From an uncultured virus (IMG/VR IMGVR_UViG_3300025736_000012) (lineage: Duplodnaviria > Heunggongvirae > Uroviricota > Caudoviricetes): 20,000 bases of DNA. Positions 1-10,086 of this stretch are shown piece by piece. How positions within the stretch are numbered: position 1 is the stretch's first letter; each line of letters opens with the position of its first letter. Both the position numbers and the translations under genes were made by a program. The notes below the pieces were generated by a model that saw nothing but the letters and a program-made list of their open reading frames with translations, made no database searches and was not told where the DNA came from. The stretch lies in the IMG/VR virus record IMGVR_UViG_3300025736_000012; one strand, written 5' to 3'.

Positions 1-452
1 TTTGATTCCCTACTCAACACCGATCGTGCTGCTGAATCATCCTCCGATGAACTAGGTTCCCTTGCCGCCCAATTGGGTGTAACATCTCAAGCACAAGTTC
101 AAGCTAAGATGAAGATGGATTCTCTCGTCGCCGCGTGGGACAAGGGGGAAATCTCCAGTGAGGAGCTTGCAGAAGGGCTCGATGGACTTGGGGAAGCAAC
201 GCAGGATGTATCAAAGTCCTTTCGCAGTTTCAGCACGTCCTCAAAAACCGCGTTTGATTCCCTACTCAACACCGATCGTGCTGCTGAATCATCCTCCGAT
301 GAACTAGGTTCCCTTGCCGCCCAATTGGGTGTAACATCTCAAGCACAAGTTCAAGCTAAGATGAAGATGGATTCTCTCGTCGCCGCGTGGGACAAGGGGG
401 AAATCTCCAGTGAGGAGCTTGCAGAAGGGCTCGATGGACTTGGGGAAGCAAC
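1..452 (+). repeat. 252-bp-period (84-aa) direct repeat in the tape measure gene
   Basis: Bases 1-200 match 253-452 by eye. The peptide GVTSQAQVQAKMKMDSLVAAWDKGEISSEELAEGLDGLGEAT occurs twice. Confidence 0.95.
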
Positions 453-2622
453 CGAGGAAGTGGGCGATGACCTGTTCAGTCTGGAGAACATCGTCAAGGG
501 CGCTGGTGCTGCGATCACAATAGACCTCGCCAAAGAAGCCGCTGAAGCTGTTTGGGAACTTGGAAAACTTGGCGCTCAATCATTGCGTACTGAATCTGCT
601 TTTAATGCGATCTCTGGCGGTGCGGATAACGCAACGGCCAACCTGGAAGCGATGCGTTCAGCGACGCGTGGTGCACTCTCTGACCAGGAAATGATGGCCG
701 CCGCTTCCCAATCGTTGCAGATGGGAATCACCTCCAATGCTGAAGAGTTGGGTGTGATGACTAAAATGGCTGTCCAGCTAGGCGCGGCAATGGGAACGGA
801 AGCCGGGCCAGCGATGGAGAATTGGAACGCGATGCTTGCGAACCAATCTCTTCCCAGGCTTGATACGTATGGCATAAGTTCTGGACGTGTCAAGACACGG
901 ATTACTGATTTGATGGCTTCAGTCAAAGGAATGACACGTGAACAAGCGTTCAACACGGCTGTAATCGAAGAAGGTACTTTGGCAATGAATCGCCTGGGAG
1001 ACGCAGCGGGCGACGAACTACTGGCCTTTGAACAACTTGACGCCACGATGGTCAACCTTAAAACAACGATGGCAGAAAAAGCCGCACCTGCCGTGTCACA
1101 GTTTGCCGGAACGCTTAATTTGCTTCTGAATTGGAGTGACAAATTAGCAGAGGCGCAAAGCCGGAATACTGAAGAGGCAGAGAAAACATCTGAAACATAC
1201 GTGGAATATAGATCTCGTATGGAACAAGTGGCGGCAGCGACAGGCAAAACGATAGATGCGACAGGTAATCTAATCAATACAGATCACATCCTCAACAAGA
1301 CAATCATAGGGCTGATAGCTCCTATCGAGCGTGTATCAAAAGAAAACTTTGCACTAACCGAATCAGCTTGGAATGCTGCGCAGAGCCAGGAAGCACTCAA
1401 TGAAAAGATGGAACGCCAAACTCAGGTTGCGGCAAATCTGGCAGAGATAACGAAGGATGAAGTCGTAAACGCGATCCTCGAAGCCGATGACGCGATGATT
1501 ATATACACTGATGCGCTCGAGGCGGGAAACTTGTCTGCGGAGAGTATAGCGTGGAACATTGAATTGCTCTCCCAATCGCTAGGAGTCGTCACGACCGCCG
1601 AACAGCAGGCACAACAAGACGCTCAACTGCTAACCGAGGCATACGCAGCAGGCACAATCTCGGCAGGCGAGTACCGCCAGCGATTAGAAGGGGTGGCACA
1701 AGGAACAAATGCGCTGACTGAAGCCGAGCGCCAAGCTATTCAAACAGAGATGGCTACCGCCGACGCCACTCGTAAATTGGCCGATGCTCACCGAGATGCC
1801 GCCACTGCCGCGGCAGGACAAGCGCAACAAACGCTTGCATTAGCTGGAAGCCTCAAGGATGCTACTTCTTCTCAGATAGCACAGCAAATGATAGGGATGC
1901 TCGATCCCAAGAAAATGGGGGCTGATGCGTACAGTGCGGCCGTCAAAGATATTGGAATCGCCTTTGGCACAATGGATGAGGAAAGCATAGCCTTGTCTGA
2001 GAATATCGGTGGACTGGCTTTGATGATCGAGGAAGGCATTATACCCACAGAGAATGCCGATGAAGCATTGGCAGCCTTGATCGAGGATGCCCAAGACGGC
2101 GCTGTGGATATGGATAAACTGACAGATGAATTTGGAAAAGTACCACGAAGCGCCGGGCAAGCCACGGTTGCCATAGATGGCACGTCAACTTCTGTCGCTG
2201 GCGCGTCAACCGCTATCGAACTGGCCGACCCCAATTTTATCCAGCTAAACAAGCGCGGGTTGCAAATTGAGGAAAACTATCGCCGTGCTGAATTGGCAGT
2301 CTGGGGGCTGATTGACGCGCTCGATAATATACCAAGCGATACGGGGGGGGGAGGTAGCGGCGGCGGGGGTGCTACGCGATGTCCTGATGGCTCATTGCCG
2401 CCCTGAGAGTACCAACACGGCACGAGTTTCGTGCCAAGCACCGGACTGGCATTGCTTCATCAAGGCGAAATGGTTATCCCGGCAGATCGAGCGCAGGAAC
2501 TAAGGGGAGGCGTAGGAATGGAGAAAACGATCGTAGTCGCACCTATCATTATACAGTCAGACGATTATATGACTGGCGGCGAGTTTGATTATAGAGCCTT
2601 GGCTAAGGCGGTGTTGGGATAA
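1..2622 (+). CDS. Tail tape measure protein, 5' truncated. In-frame TGA at 2404-2406; stop at 2622 if read through.
   Basis: Frame 1 is open from base 1 (FDSLLNTDR...). Long Ala/Glu-rich helical protein directly upstream of tail genes. The typical TMP C-terminal motif (YQHGTSFVPSTGLALLHQGEMVIP) lies in the same frame just after the TGA. The TAA at 2620-2622 overlaps the next ATG. Confidence 0.88.
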
Positions 2623-4094
2623 TGGCTGCTGTTGCGACAATTACTTGGCTGAATACAGCTTTTATCAACGCTGATGACGTCTCTAATATCCGAGACACGC
2701 TACCACTGCTTGCGGGTGATCCTACTGCTAATTATGGCTGGCACATTGAGAAATGGGTTCCTGCTGTTGCAGAAATAGAAGAAGATGGCAGTGTGCTGCC
2801 AGTTACCGAAAAAGTAACGTGTCTTGTGACTGCATCAAGCAAAGCAAATCTGGAAAGTGAATTTGCTGATTTAAGTCTTATGGCAAGTGTAGCGCGGATG
2901 GGAGCAACGGATTCATCATCTTGCAGTGTTGTTTATCTGGCAATGAATCCTGATGGCGGTCAACAGATCAACTCTTATATCCGCAATATCAACTATAAAA
3001 TACTGGAACCTATAACTGATTCTTGTGGTTACATCGAAGACAATATGGCGCGAGTTAAGCTGGAAATAACCAGAGAGCCTTACTGGGAAGAGTTGAGCCT
3101 TGCCAGTAAGGGTACTGGCTTTGGGCCTGGAGCCTCTACTATGAGAGATTATCGTGTAGGCGGTACAGACATATCTTGTGATGCTCCAGTTCGTATGGTT
3201 GCTGTAAACTTCGCCCCCAACACGGCGGGGATGGAAGTGGACAGATTGTGGGTAGGATTGAGAACAGAGAAACATTGCCCTAATCCATCTCAGTTTGTAG
3301 ATACCTGGGAGCTCGAGGATGGTACAAGAAATGCAGCAGAAAGTGGTATAACTTTCGACGCTGATGCAACGGCGAGTGGCAATGTTCGAGTCACAGTGGC
3401 AGATGTAGATCTTAACTGGGATGATACGTGGAACAAGGTCTTGACTATCAAAATGTCAGAAATTGTTGGAGCAAATAGATATAGAGCGCAGTTTGGCTTT
3501 TTCAAATGGCTTCTACGGGCAAAGGTTACAGCCGGAGAATGGCAAACCCAATTGAGATTTGGCTATAACTATATGTCCGATGATGAGTTAGCAGAAAACG
3601 GCATTGTCACTGTTGATAACACAAACTGGGACTTTTTCGATATGGGGCAACGTCAAGTACCATTTCGTGATTCTCGTGGATATTGGCCCGACTACTCGTA
3701 TGAAGCTATCAATTCCGAATCTGAAGAGTTTATCATTCAGGTGTGGGCAAGGCGAACCAGTGGGACGGATAATTTGTACGTTGATTGTCTATGCCCCATT
3801 CCACTTGATGAGGGGTATTTCTTTACAAGCGGAGCCGCAGCTAATAAGGCTGGCGCTGACACAGACTTTATTTATTACGTAGAATCTCCATACAGAACGG
3901 CGGATTGTATAGTTACCCGCGTTTTTGACATTAGAAAAAAGATTAAGTTTAACGCGAATAAGTTCAACTTTCTCCCCAGTTGCGAGGGTTATATAGTTGG
4001 GGTTTTTGCCCGTAGCGACCAGAGTGTTATAACCGACCGAGCCGACATAGGATGGGCTTATGCCAGGCGATGGCGCATTATTCGAGGTACATAA
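2622..4094 (+). CDS. Probable distal tail (Dit-like) protein with inserted carbohydrate-binding-like domain
   Basis: 490 aa, immediately after the TMP with TAATG coupling. Beta-rich, with a Dit-like 'LEITREPYW' segment. Assignment rests mainly on synteny. Confidence 0.6.
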   Translation: MAAVATITWLNTAFINADDVSNIRDTLPLLAGDPTANYGWHIEKWVPAVAEIEEDGSVLPVTEKVTCLVTASSKANLESEFADLSLMASVARMGATDSSSCSVVYLAMNPDGGQQINSYIRNINYKILEPITDSCGYIEDNMARVKLEITREPYWEELSLASKGTGFGPGASTMRDYRVGGTDISCDAPVRMVAVNFAPNTAGMEVDRLWVGLRTEKHCPNPSQFVDTWELEDGTRNAAESGITFDADATASGNVRVTVADVDLNWDDTWNKVLTIKMSEIVGANRYRAQFGFFKWLLRAKVTAGEWQTQLRFGYNYMSDDELAENGIVTVDNTNWDFFDMGQRQVPFRDSRGYWPDYSYEAINSESEEFIIQVWARRTSGTDNLYVDCLCPIPLDEGYFFTSGAAANKAGADTDFIYYVESPYRTADCIVTRVFDIRKKIKFNANKFNFLPSCEGYIVGVFARSDQSVITDRADIGWAYARRWRIIRGT

Positions 4095-5507
4095 ATGTTT
4101 TCCTTGAATCTCTATGGCCCACTAACGGGCAACGCATTCATCGAATCAGATAATCTCGCAGAGATAGCAAAAAACTGGAGTAGAACTTCACTTGCAATCG
4201 GCGGATTTGATGAGGGATCTTTCACAGTTGAAAACCTGGCGAGAAGCACCCTAACTGAATATTTTGACCGTTGGTTGGGCTATAGGCTAGTGGAGGAGTC
4301 ATACGGCAAGCTTAGTTGGGAGGGCATCATTTGGCAACTTGACCTAGTGCTCGACGGCATCAACTTCCGTCGTACATTTGATGTAGAGTGGTGGGCAAAT
4401 AAAGTAAAGGCAGTCTACTCCTATCCTACCGTCGAAGATACCCAGCAAGGCAACTTGTTCTATAGGGCATTCCCGTTTGCTCATAGTTTTCAAGACGACG
4501 GGCAAGACTTTTCAGATTGGGATACCAATCCGGCTGCCCCACCAGCAGTTTATCGCATCAGTGTCATAAACGACGATGATACCACGGCCAATGGTTTTCT
4601 AGGGCTTGCATTTACTATAACAAACGCAAACGATAGCATTTATGTTTATACAGATGTTAGCCTGACCGTTGCAGGCTGGAATGGAACTGTAGCCGGTAAA
4701 ACACCGGTTAGCTATATAGTGAGCAACGTGTTGCTTTCTGGAGTGCGCCAGGATACTGGATGGACAACTAATAATGACTGTGTTGAGCAATATGGCAGGC
4801 AAGAATATGTGATCAGCTTGCCGGGCACAAAGCCAGCTGCGGCGACAGCCTTGCGAGACCGATACCTGAATGAATATGCGTGGCCTAGCTCAAGAATGGT
4901 TGGCAGTGACATTGTGATCGGGAAAAGAAAAAAGACTCGAGATGTGCTGGAAGTAACTGTCAAGGGATACTGGCACACGCTCAATTGGAGACACAGAGAA
5001 ACATCAGGAGCCGGGACGACCTCTGAATTGATAACCAGTTTGACGGGGGATTCTGAGTTCGTAACTGTTGGACGCATTGAGACAAACAGTGATGATTCAT
5101 TTGTGGATTGTGATCCTAATATACAGGGGCTTGGCGATCTAGTTGAAATGCTGATTGACCAGGGAGATATATCTGGAAACATCTGGCAGGGCGGTGTGTA
5201 CGAAAACCGGGGGATGATCTACAAACAAGCACCAAGCAAAGAAACGCATATTCTCACAGATGGGATGCTTTACGACCTGGGTAGTAGTCTAGTGATTCCG
5301 ACCTTGCTCAAACCAGGGTTCTATCTAAGAAACACGAATGCGCCAGCAGGACAGTTGCCACCAGGGTCATACAATTTTTGGGACGATCCACAAGTTTCAT
5401 ATATTGACGAAGTAAAATTCAGTGCGCCTGATAAACTGTCACTAAAACTGGCAGACACAAAAACAAGTGTTAGTTTGATGCTATCACAGATTATAGGCAA
5501 ATTATGA
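4095..5507 (+). CDS. Probable baseplate hub / Tal-like tail protein
   Basis: 470 aa, between the Dit-like gene and the fibre gene. Contains 'LSWEGIIWQL' and 'CVEQYGRQEYV' segments resembling tail hub proteins. Confidence 0.55.
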   Translation: MFSLNLYGPLTGNAFIESDNLAEIAKNWSRTSLAIGGFDEGSFTVENLARSTLTEYFDRWLGYRLVEESYGKLSWEGIIWQLDLVLDGINFRRTFDVEWWANKVKAVYSYPTVEDTQQGNLFYRAFPFAHSFQDDGQDFSDWDTNPAAPPAVYRISVINDDDTTANGFLGLAFTITNANDSIYVYTDVSLTVAGWNGTVAGKTPVSYIVSNVLLSGVRQDTGWTTNNDCVEQYGRQEYVISLPGTKPAAATALRDRYLNEYAWPSSRMVGSDIVIGKRKKTRDVLEVTVKGYWHTLNWRHRETSGAGTTSELITSLTGDSEFVTVGRIETNSDDSFVDCDPNIQGLGDLVEMLIDQGDISGNIWQGGVYENRGMIYKQAPSKETHILTDGMLYDLGSSLVIPTLLKPGFYLRNTNAPAGQLPPGSYNFWDDPQVSYIDEVKFSAPDKLSLKLADTKTSVSLMLSQIIGKL

Positions 5508-8500
5508 AAGCGAGACAAAAACTACTTGAGGGTAAGACATTAGGTTGGTGGGCAAACCGACTGCGTACTAATATACAAAATACCACGACAGTATATTCAC
5601 CCGCTACAGCAGCGGGCAATGATCAAGAAATCCAGGTCAATGTCGGTGGGATACTTGGAACCGATCCTCTTTTCGTTTATGATTACACCCAGGATCGTCT
5701 AGGGGCGGGCGTTGCCGCCCCTGATGCCACGGGTCATTTTCTCTCAACGACTGAGCAACTACGCCTCGGTTATGACGCCGATAGCTATGTCTCCTTCACC
5801 GTGCAATCCGACAGCGACCTGCTAGTAGTTCCTGCCGAGTCTGGCCGTGTTATGTTCCAACCAACGACCGATTCAGTGACGTTTTTCCAGGTGTTGGCGA
5901 ACAAAGGCGGGACGCCGATTCTAAACGTGGACACGACGAATGGGTGGGTTGGGATTGGGACGGCAGCGCCCGATAATCTACTTGAACTTCGCTCCGTCGC
6001 GATGCCTCAATTCCGCATCACCCATACCGACGCCACGGACTATGCCACGTTCGCAGTGGACGGTGACGGGCAACTCGACATCACGACGGTTGACGGGGTT
6101 GCGGCTGGTGGGCACATTTGTCTGATGCCTGATGGTTTTGTGGGAGTTGGGACATTAGCCCCAAGCGCCAAACTTGAGAGCCTAGCAACGACCGAGCAGT
6201 TACGTCTCAGTTACGACGTGGACAGTTTCGTCTCATTTACCGTGCAGGCCGACAGTGACCTTCTCGTAGTCCCCGCCGAAACTGGTCGTGTGATGTTCCA
6301 ACCGACGACCGATTCAGTGACTTTCTTCCAGGTACTCGACGCCGACGGGGGGACGCCGGTCGTCAACGTGGATACCACGAATGAGCGGTTTGGAGTTGGG
6401 ACGGCAGCGCCTGAGGTACTCGGTCATTTTTATGATGCCACACCTCGTGTCTGGCTACAAGACTCCGCTGGTGGTGCTGCGGCTTTAACGAGGACAATGG
6501 CAGGCGTTGAGCTATCTGCAAATGCGATGTGGCTGACGCCGAAGTACACACCGGCGCTCAAATTTATGTCTACCGATGCGCAATTTACGACGGAAAACCC
6601 CAAGTTCCTGGCGGCGGTGGTGGGGCGGGCAACCGAGGGGTATAATGCGGACACTGACGGTGGAATGGCGCTCGATTTTGCTACAACACCAGACAATCCC
6701 GGCGCAGCGAGTGTGCCGGTTGTGAGATTGGCGATTGGCAACGACGGAATATTGCAAATAAGTGCCTACGGCGCAGGTGTTATTCAGTCGGATGCAGCTG
6801 GTATACTGTCGAGCGGCGCTGTTCCATTGGTTGACCTGGCAGGATGGGCTGAAGGTAGTCTGATAATAGGTGGCGCTGCTGATTGGACAACACTGGCAGA
6901 ACCTGGAGCGGCTGGTTACGCCCTGGTCTCCGATGGCACTACTTTTGCCTGGGATCAAACCCCGACCTGGACAGGCGACCACACTTGGACTTCGGCGGTT
7001 TCTGCCAAGCCAGTGCTGACAATTGAAAATACTAACGCCGATGGGGAAGCGCCAACGATTGACTTCTACAAGAACAGCGTTAGCCCAGCTGCTAATGATG
7101 ACCTGGGCGCGTTCGACTTTTACGGTGAAACGTCCACCGGAGCCAAAGACCGTTATGCCTACTGGCTGGCCGAAAGCCTTGACGTGACGAACGGAGCCAC
7201 CGGCGGCGGGATGGCCTTTATGGTTACGATGAACGGCACTGACCGGTTCCTACTACGGTTGGCTGGATTCAATGGCGCAGCCGATCAGGGCGAGGTAACT
7301 ATCAATGAGGCAGGACAAGACGTTGATTTCATCGTAGAGGCCGTTGGTGTAGCTGATGCTATATACGTGCAAGGTAGTAGTGGCTACGTGGGCATCAACT
7401 GGTCAACTCCCACCTGTGCCCTTTCCATCGAAGGCCAGTTCGTCGGCGGTGACATGGCGACCTCGATCTCGGCGGGTAAACATTCGTTTTCGTGGGGCCA
7501 CAATTGCGACGTGGCCGGGGACTATGCCTCTATCTCTGGTGGCTACTCGTGTTCGATCACCGCAGCCGGTGATTATTCCGCGATTGGGAGTGGCCGCTAC
7601 AATAACATTGAGGCTACATACGCCAGCATCGCAGGCGGGTATGGCAACGATATACAGGCAATCGGCGGGAGTATAGGTGGTGGTTATTACAATGCCGTCT
7701 CTGGCAAATACGGTGCAATCCCCGGTGGCGCTTGGAACGATGTAGTTGGAGATTACGGATTCGCTGCTGGCCGCCGCGCTCACGCTGCTCACGATGGCGC
7801 GATGGTTTTTGCAGACCATACGAACGCTGATGCTACATCGGACAGGGCCGACCAGTTCTTTTTCCGGTGTGGGGGTGGCTTTCGGGTTGATGCTGGCAAT
7901 GCAATTTTGTTTCAAACGACCGCTGATAGTGTGACGGCGTTCCAGGTGTTTGACGCCGATGGCGGTGTGCCAGTTTTCAACATTGATACCACGAATGAGC
8001 GGGTTGGAATTGGGACGGCAGCGCCGACAAGCACCTTGACTGTTGCTGGCGATGTTGATGCCCAGGGAAATAAATATATCCTTGATGCTGATGGGGACAG
8101 TTATCTGACAGAATTTGCTGATGATATAATTTCAATGTTTCTGGCGGGTGGATTTGTTTATGCTTTCGCTGCGGATACTTTTTACTGTGGGGGTAATGTA
8201 GATCTAAAAGATGATGCTTGGGTAGGATTGGACGCGGCGAAAGCAAGGTTTGTTTTTGATGGTACACCCGCAACTGATGAGATAAGATTGGTTGATGGCG
8301 TCCTAGACCTTAATGGCATAGCTGATGTGCTGATATTAGACGCCGATGGCGATACGACAATATCCGCCCCGACCGACGATCAGATTGACATTGAAATTGG
8401 AGGAGCGGATATTGGGCACTGGCTGGCTGATGGATTGTATATCAATGAAACCTCAAACGCTTTTCAAAGTATGGGCGCCACTATTAACCAGGGAGCCTAT

Positions 8501-9139
8501 GATAATGAGATACTAGCGTTCAAATCAAGCGACGTGGCTCACGGCATAACAGATGATACCGAAACAGACACGTTTGCAACGTTCAAGAAATATAGCGCAA
8601 CCGGCGGCGGCCTAAAGGTACGAGGATATACGGAGTATGGCATAGGCCTTGAGTTTGAGAGTATCTATACAACTGGTATAGATACCAGTAAGGGAAATAA
8701 TTCATACGGGGCAATAATGATCATGGTAGCAAAAAAGGACGGCACGGACGACGAGGGAACCATAGATACCAATGGCAATCTGGTTGTCATACGAACCCAC
8801 GCTGCGACTCAATTTATCTTTGATGCTGAAGGTTCAGCACACGCCGAAGTAGAATGGACAACGTTTGACGAACACGATGACGTAAGTTTGTTGGCTGACC
8901 TGGAAGCATTGGCAACCGATGATAGCATCTTACGCAACTTTGGCAGTTTTATGGAGGATAAACGAGATGAAATAGAGAAACTTGGCATAGCGCATTTTGA
9001 TGATAATAAGCCTGGGCACGCAATGGTTAACTTTACACGGTTATCAATGTTATTGACCGGGGCAATTAGACAACTAAATGAAAGAGTAGAGCAACAAGAG
9101 GCGCTAACTGAGCGCATAGAGATATTGGAGGCAAGATGA
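5504..9139 (+). CDS. Tail fibre / receptor-binding protein
   Basis: 1211 aa. Repeated 'GIGTAAP' fibre motifs, Gly-rich 'SI.GGY.N' beta-helix-like repeats, and a C-terminal 'VNFTRLSMLLTGAIRQL...IEILEAR' tail resembling the end of an intramolecular chaperone domain. Confidence 0.8.
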   Translation: MKARQKLLEGKTLGWWANRLRTNIQNTTTVYSPATAAGNDQEIQVNVGGILGTDPLFVYDYTQDRLGAGVAAPDATGHFLSTTEQLRLGYDADSYVSFTVQSDSDLLVVPAESGRVMFQPTTDSVTFFQVLANKGGTPILNVDTTNGWVGIGTAAPDNLLELRSVAMPQFRITHTDATDYATFAVDGDGQLDITTVDGVAAGGHICLMPDGFVGVGTLAPSAKLESLATTEQLRLSYDVDSFVSFTVQADSDLLVVPAETGRVMFQPTTDSVTFFQVLDADGGTPVVNVDTTNERFGVGTAAPEVLGHFYDATPRVWLQDSAGGAAALTRTMAGVELSANAMWLTPKYTPALKFMSTDAQFTTENPKFLAAVVGRATEGYNADTDGGMALDFATTPDNPGAASVPVVRLAIGNDGILQISAYGAGVIQSDAAGILSSGAVPLVDLAGWAEGSLIIGGAADWTTLAEPGAAGYALVSDGTTFAWDQTPTWTGDHTWTSAVSAKPVLTIENTNADGEAPTIDFYKNSVSPAANDDLGAFDFYGETSTGAKDRYAYWLAESLDVTNGATGGGMAFMVTMNGTDRFLLRLAGFNGAADQGEVTINEAGQDVDFIVEAVGVADAIYVQGSSGYVGINWSTPTCALSIEGQFVGGDMATSISAGKHSFSWGHNCDVAGDYASISGGYSCSITAAGDYSAIGSGRYNNIEATYASIAGGYGNDIQAIGGSIGGGYYNAVSGKYGAIPGGAWNDVVGDYGFAAGRRAHAAHDGAMVFADHTNADATSDRADQFFFRCGGGFRVDAGNAILFQTTADSVTAFQVFDADGGVPVFNIDTTNERVGIGTAAPTSTLTVAGDVDAQGNKYILDADGDSYLTEFADDIISMFLAGGFVYAFAADTFYCGGNVDLKDDAWVGLDAAKARFVFDGTPATDEIRLVDGVLDLNGIADVLILDADGDTTISAPTDDQIDIEIGGADIGHWLADGLYINETSNAFQSMGATINQGAYDNEILAFKSSDVAHGITDDTETDTFATFKKYSATGGGLKVRGYTEYGIGLEFESIYTTGIDTSKGNNSYGAIMIMVAKKDGTDDEGTIDTNGNLVVIRTHAATQFIFDAEGSAHAEVEWTTFDEHDDVSLLADLEALATDDSILRNFGSFMEDKRDEIEKLGIAHFDDNKPGHAMVNFTRLSMLLTGAIRQLNERVEQQEALTERIEILEAR

Positions 9140-9519
9140 GCAGCAAAAAGAGACTAGAGCTTGACCTGTCAATCTGGCAGCGGTATATGATTGGCTTGAT
9201 CGTTCGCGGACAACGTTTGACGATGGAAAACTCACACCGAGGGCATAAAATCCTTGATGCTGTGAATTTCATAGACGCGGAGGCTGAAGCGATCAGCTTC
9301 ACCATTTACCCCAACGGTTCGGCGTCGTGGAATCAGAAAGCGACTAACAGGTATGCAATCGTTCTCAAGGGCAGGCCGTTGATCCGCTGGCTCAAAGAAG
9401 TTGTTGAAAAATTTGCCGGCTGGCCGCCCGACAAATACGAGGAATCATTGCATCTGCGGGCGCAACTCGGAATAATTGATGAGTTTGACGACGAGGATGA
9501 AGAGGATGAGATCGAATGA
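9136..9519 (+). CDS. Hypothetical protein (possible fibre assembly factor)
   Basis: 127 aa, ATGA overlap with the fibre gene, GGAGG RBS, acidic C-terminus. Confidence 0.7.
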   Translation: MSSKKRLELDLSIWQRYMIGLIVRGQRLTMENSHRGHKILDAVNFIDAEAEAISFTIYPNGSASWNQKATNRYAIVLKGRPLIRWLKEVVEKFAGWPPDKYEESLHLRAQLGIIDEFDDEDEEDEIE

Positions 9520-9845
9520 ACACAGAAAAGACCGCCACACTCACGCTCGCCCTGAACTTTCCAGGACGAGAGCCAATCGTTTTCAGCTTTGAGTGCTCTG
9601 ATGAAGGGATGCAGAATCTTCTCAATGACAGCACATTGGCGATGTGGGGCGAGGGGCACAGCGATCACGGCACTGAGGAAGAGCCGATCAAGTATGCCGA
9701 CCTGGATGAACGAGGGCGGGCGGCTATCGTGTGGGAGTATTTCCTTCGCGTGCTAAAAAGTCACGCGGGGGCGCACTATACCCGTGAGGCTGAGAAGGCG
9801 GCGAAAGAGAAGGCCCAACAGGAAAAGGGAGGGCGGTACAAATGA
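9516..9845 (+). CDS. Hypothetical protein
   Basis: 109 aa, ATGA-coupled on both sides. Confidence 0.7.
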   Translation: MNTEKTATLTLALNFPGREPIVFSFECSDEGMQNLLNDSTLAMWGEGHSDHGTEEEPIKYADLDERGRAAIVWEYFLRVLKSHAGAHYTREAEKAAKEKAQQEKGGRYK

Positions 9846-10078
9846 GCACAGGAATCGTGGTAAATAACCCTACGGCAAAGTTAGACATATCGGGCGATGT
9901 AAAGCCTATGTCATTGGATGAATTTGAACAGGGATATGCCAGCCGTAGCAATGTCACTGTTGAATGGTTGCATCAGCACGGTCAGTGTGGTGCTCCTTGC
10001 GATTGTGGCGAGGAAGGTTGTCAGGGCTGGCAGATGCTGACTATTGAGACTGATGGTCGTGTTGGAATTGGCGTGTAA
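9842..10078 (+). CDS. Small Cys-rich hypothetical protein
   Basis: 78 aa, ATGA overlap, CGAPCDCGEEGCQGW motif. Confidence 0.65.
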   Translation: MSTGIVVNNPTAKLDISGDVKPMSLDEFEQGYASRSNVTVEWLHQHGQCGAPCDCGEEGCQGWQMLTIETDGRVGIGV

Positions 10079-10086
10079 GGAGTGCT

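Noticed and set aside
2343..2351. G9 run as a frameshift bypassing the TMP stop
   Set aside because: The conserved C-terminal motif is in the same frame as the TMP, so a single shift would not reach it.
5740..8030. Diversity-generating retroelement TR/VR pair
   Set aside because: Differences are mostly synonymous and not adenine-specific, all copies are in frame in one gene, and no reverse transcriptase is in the window.
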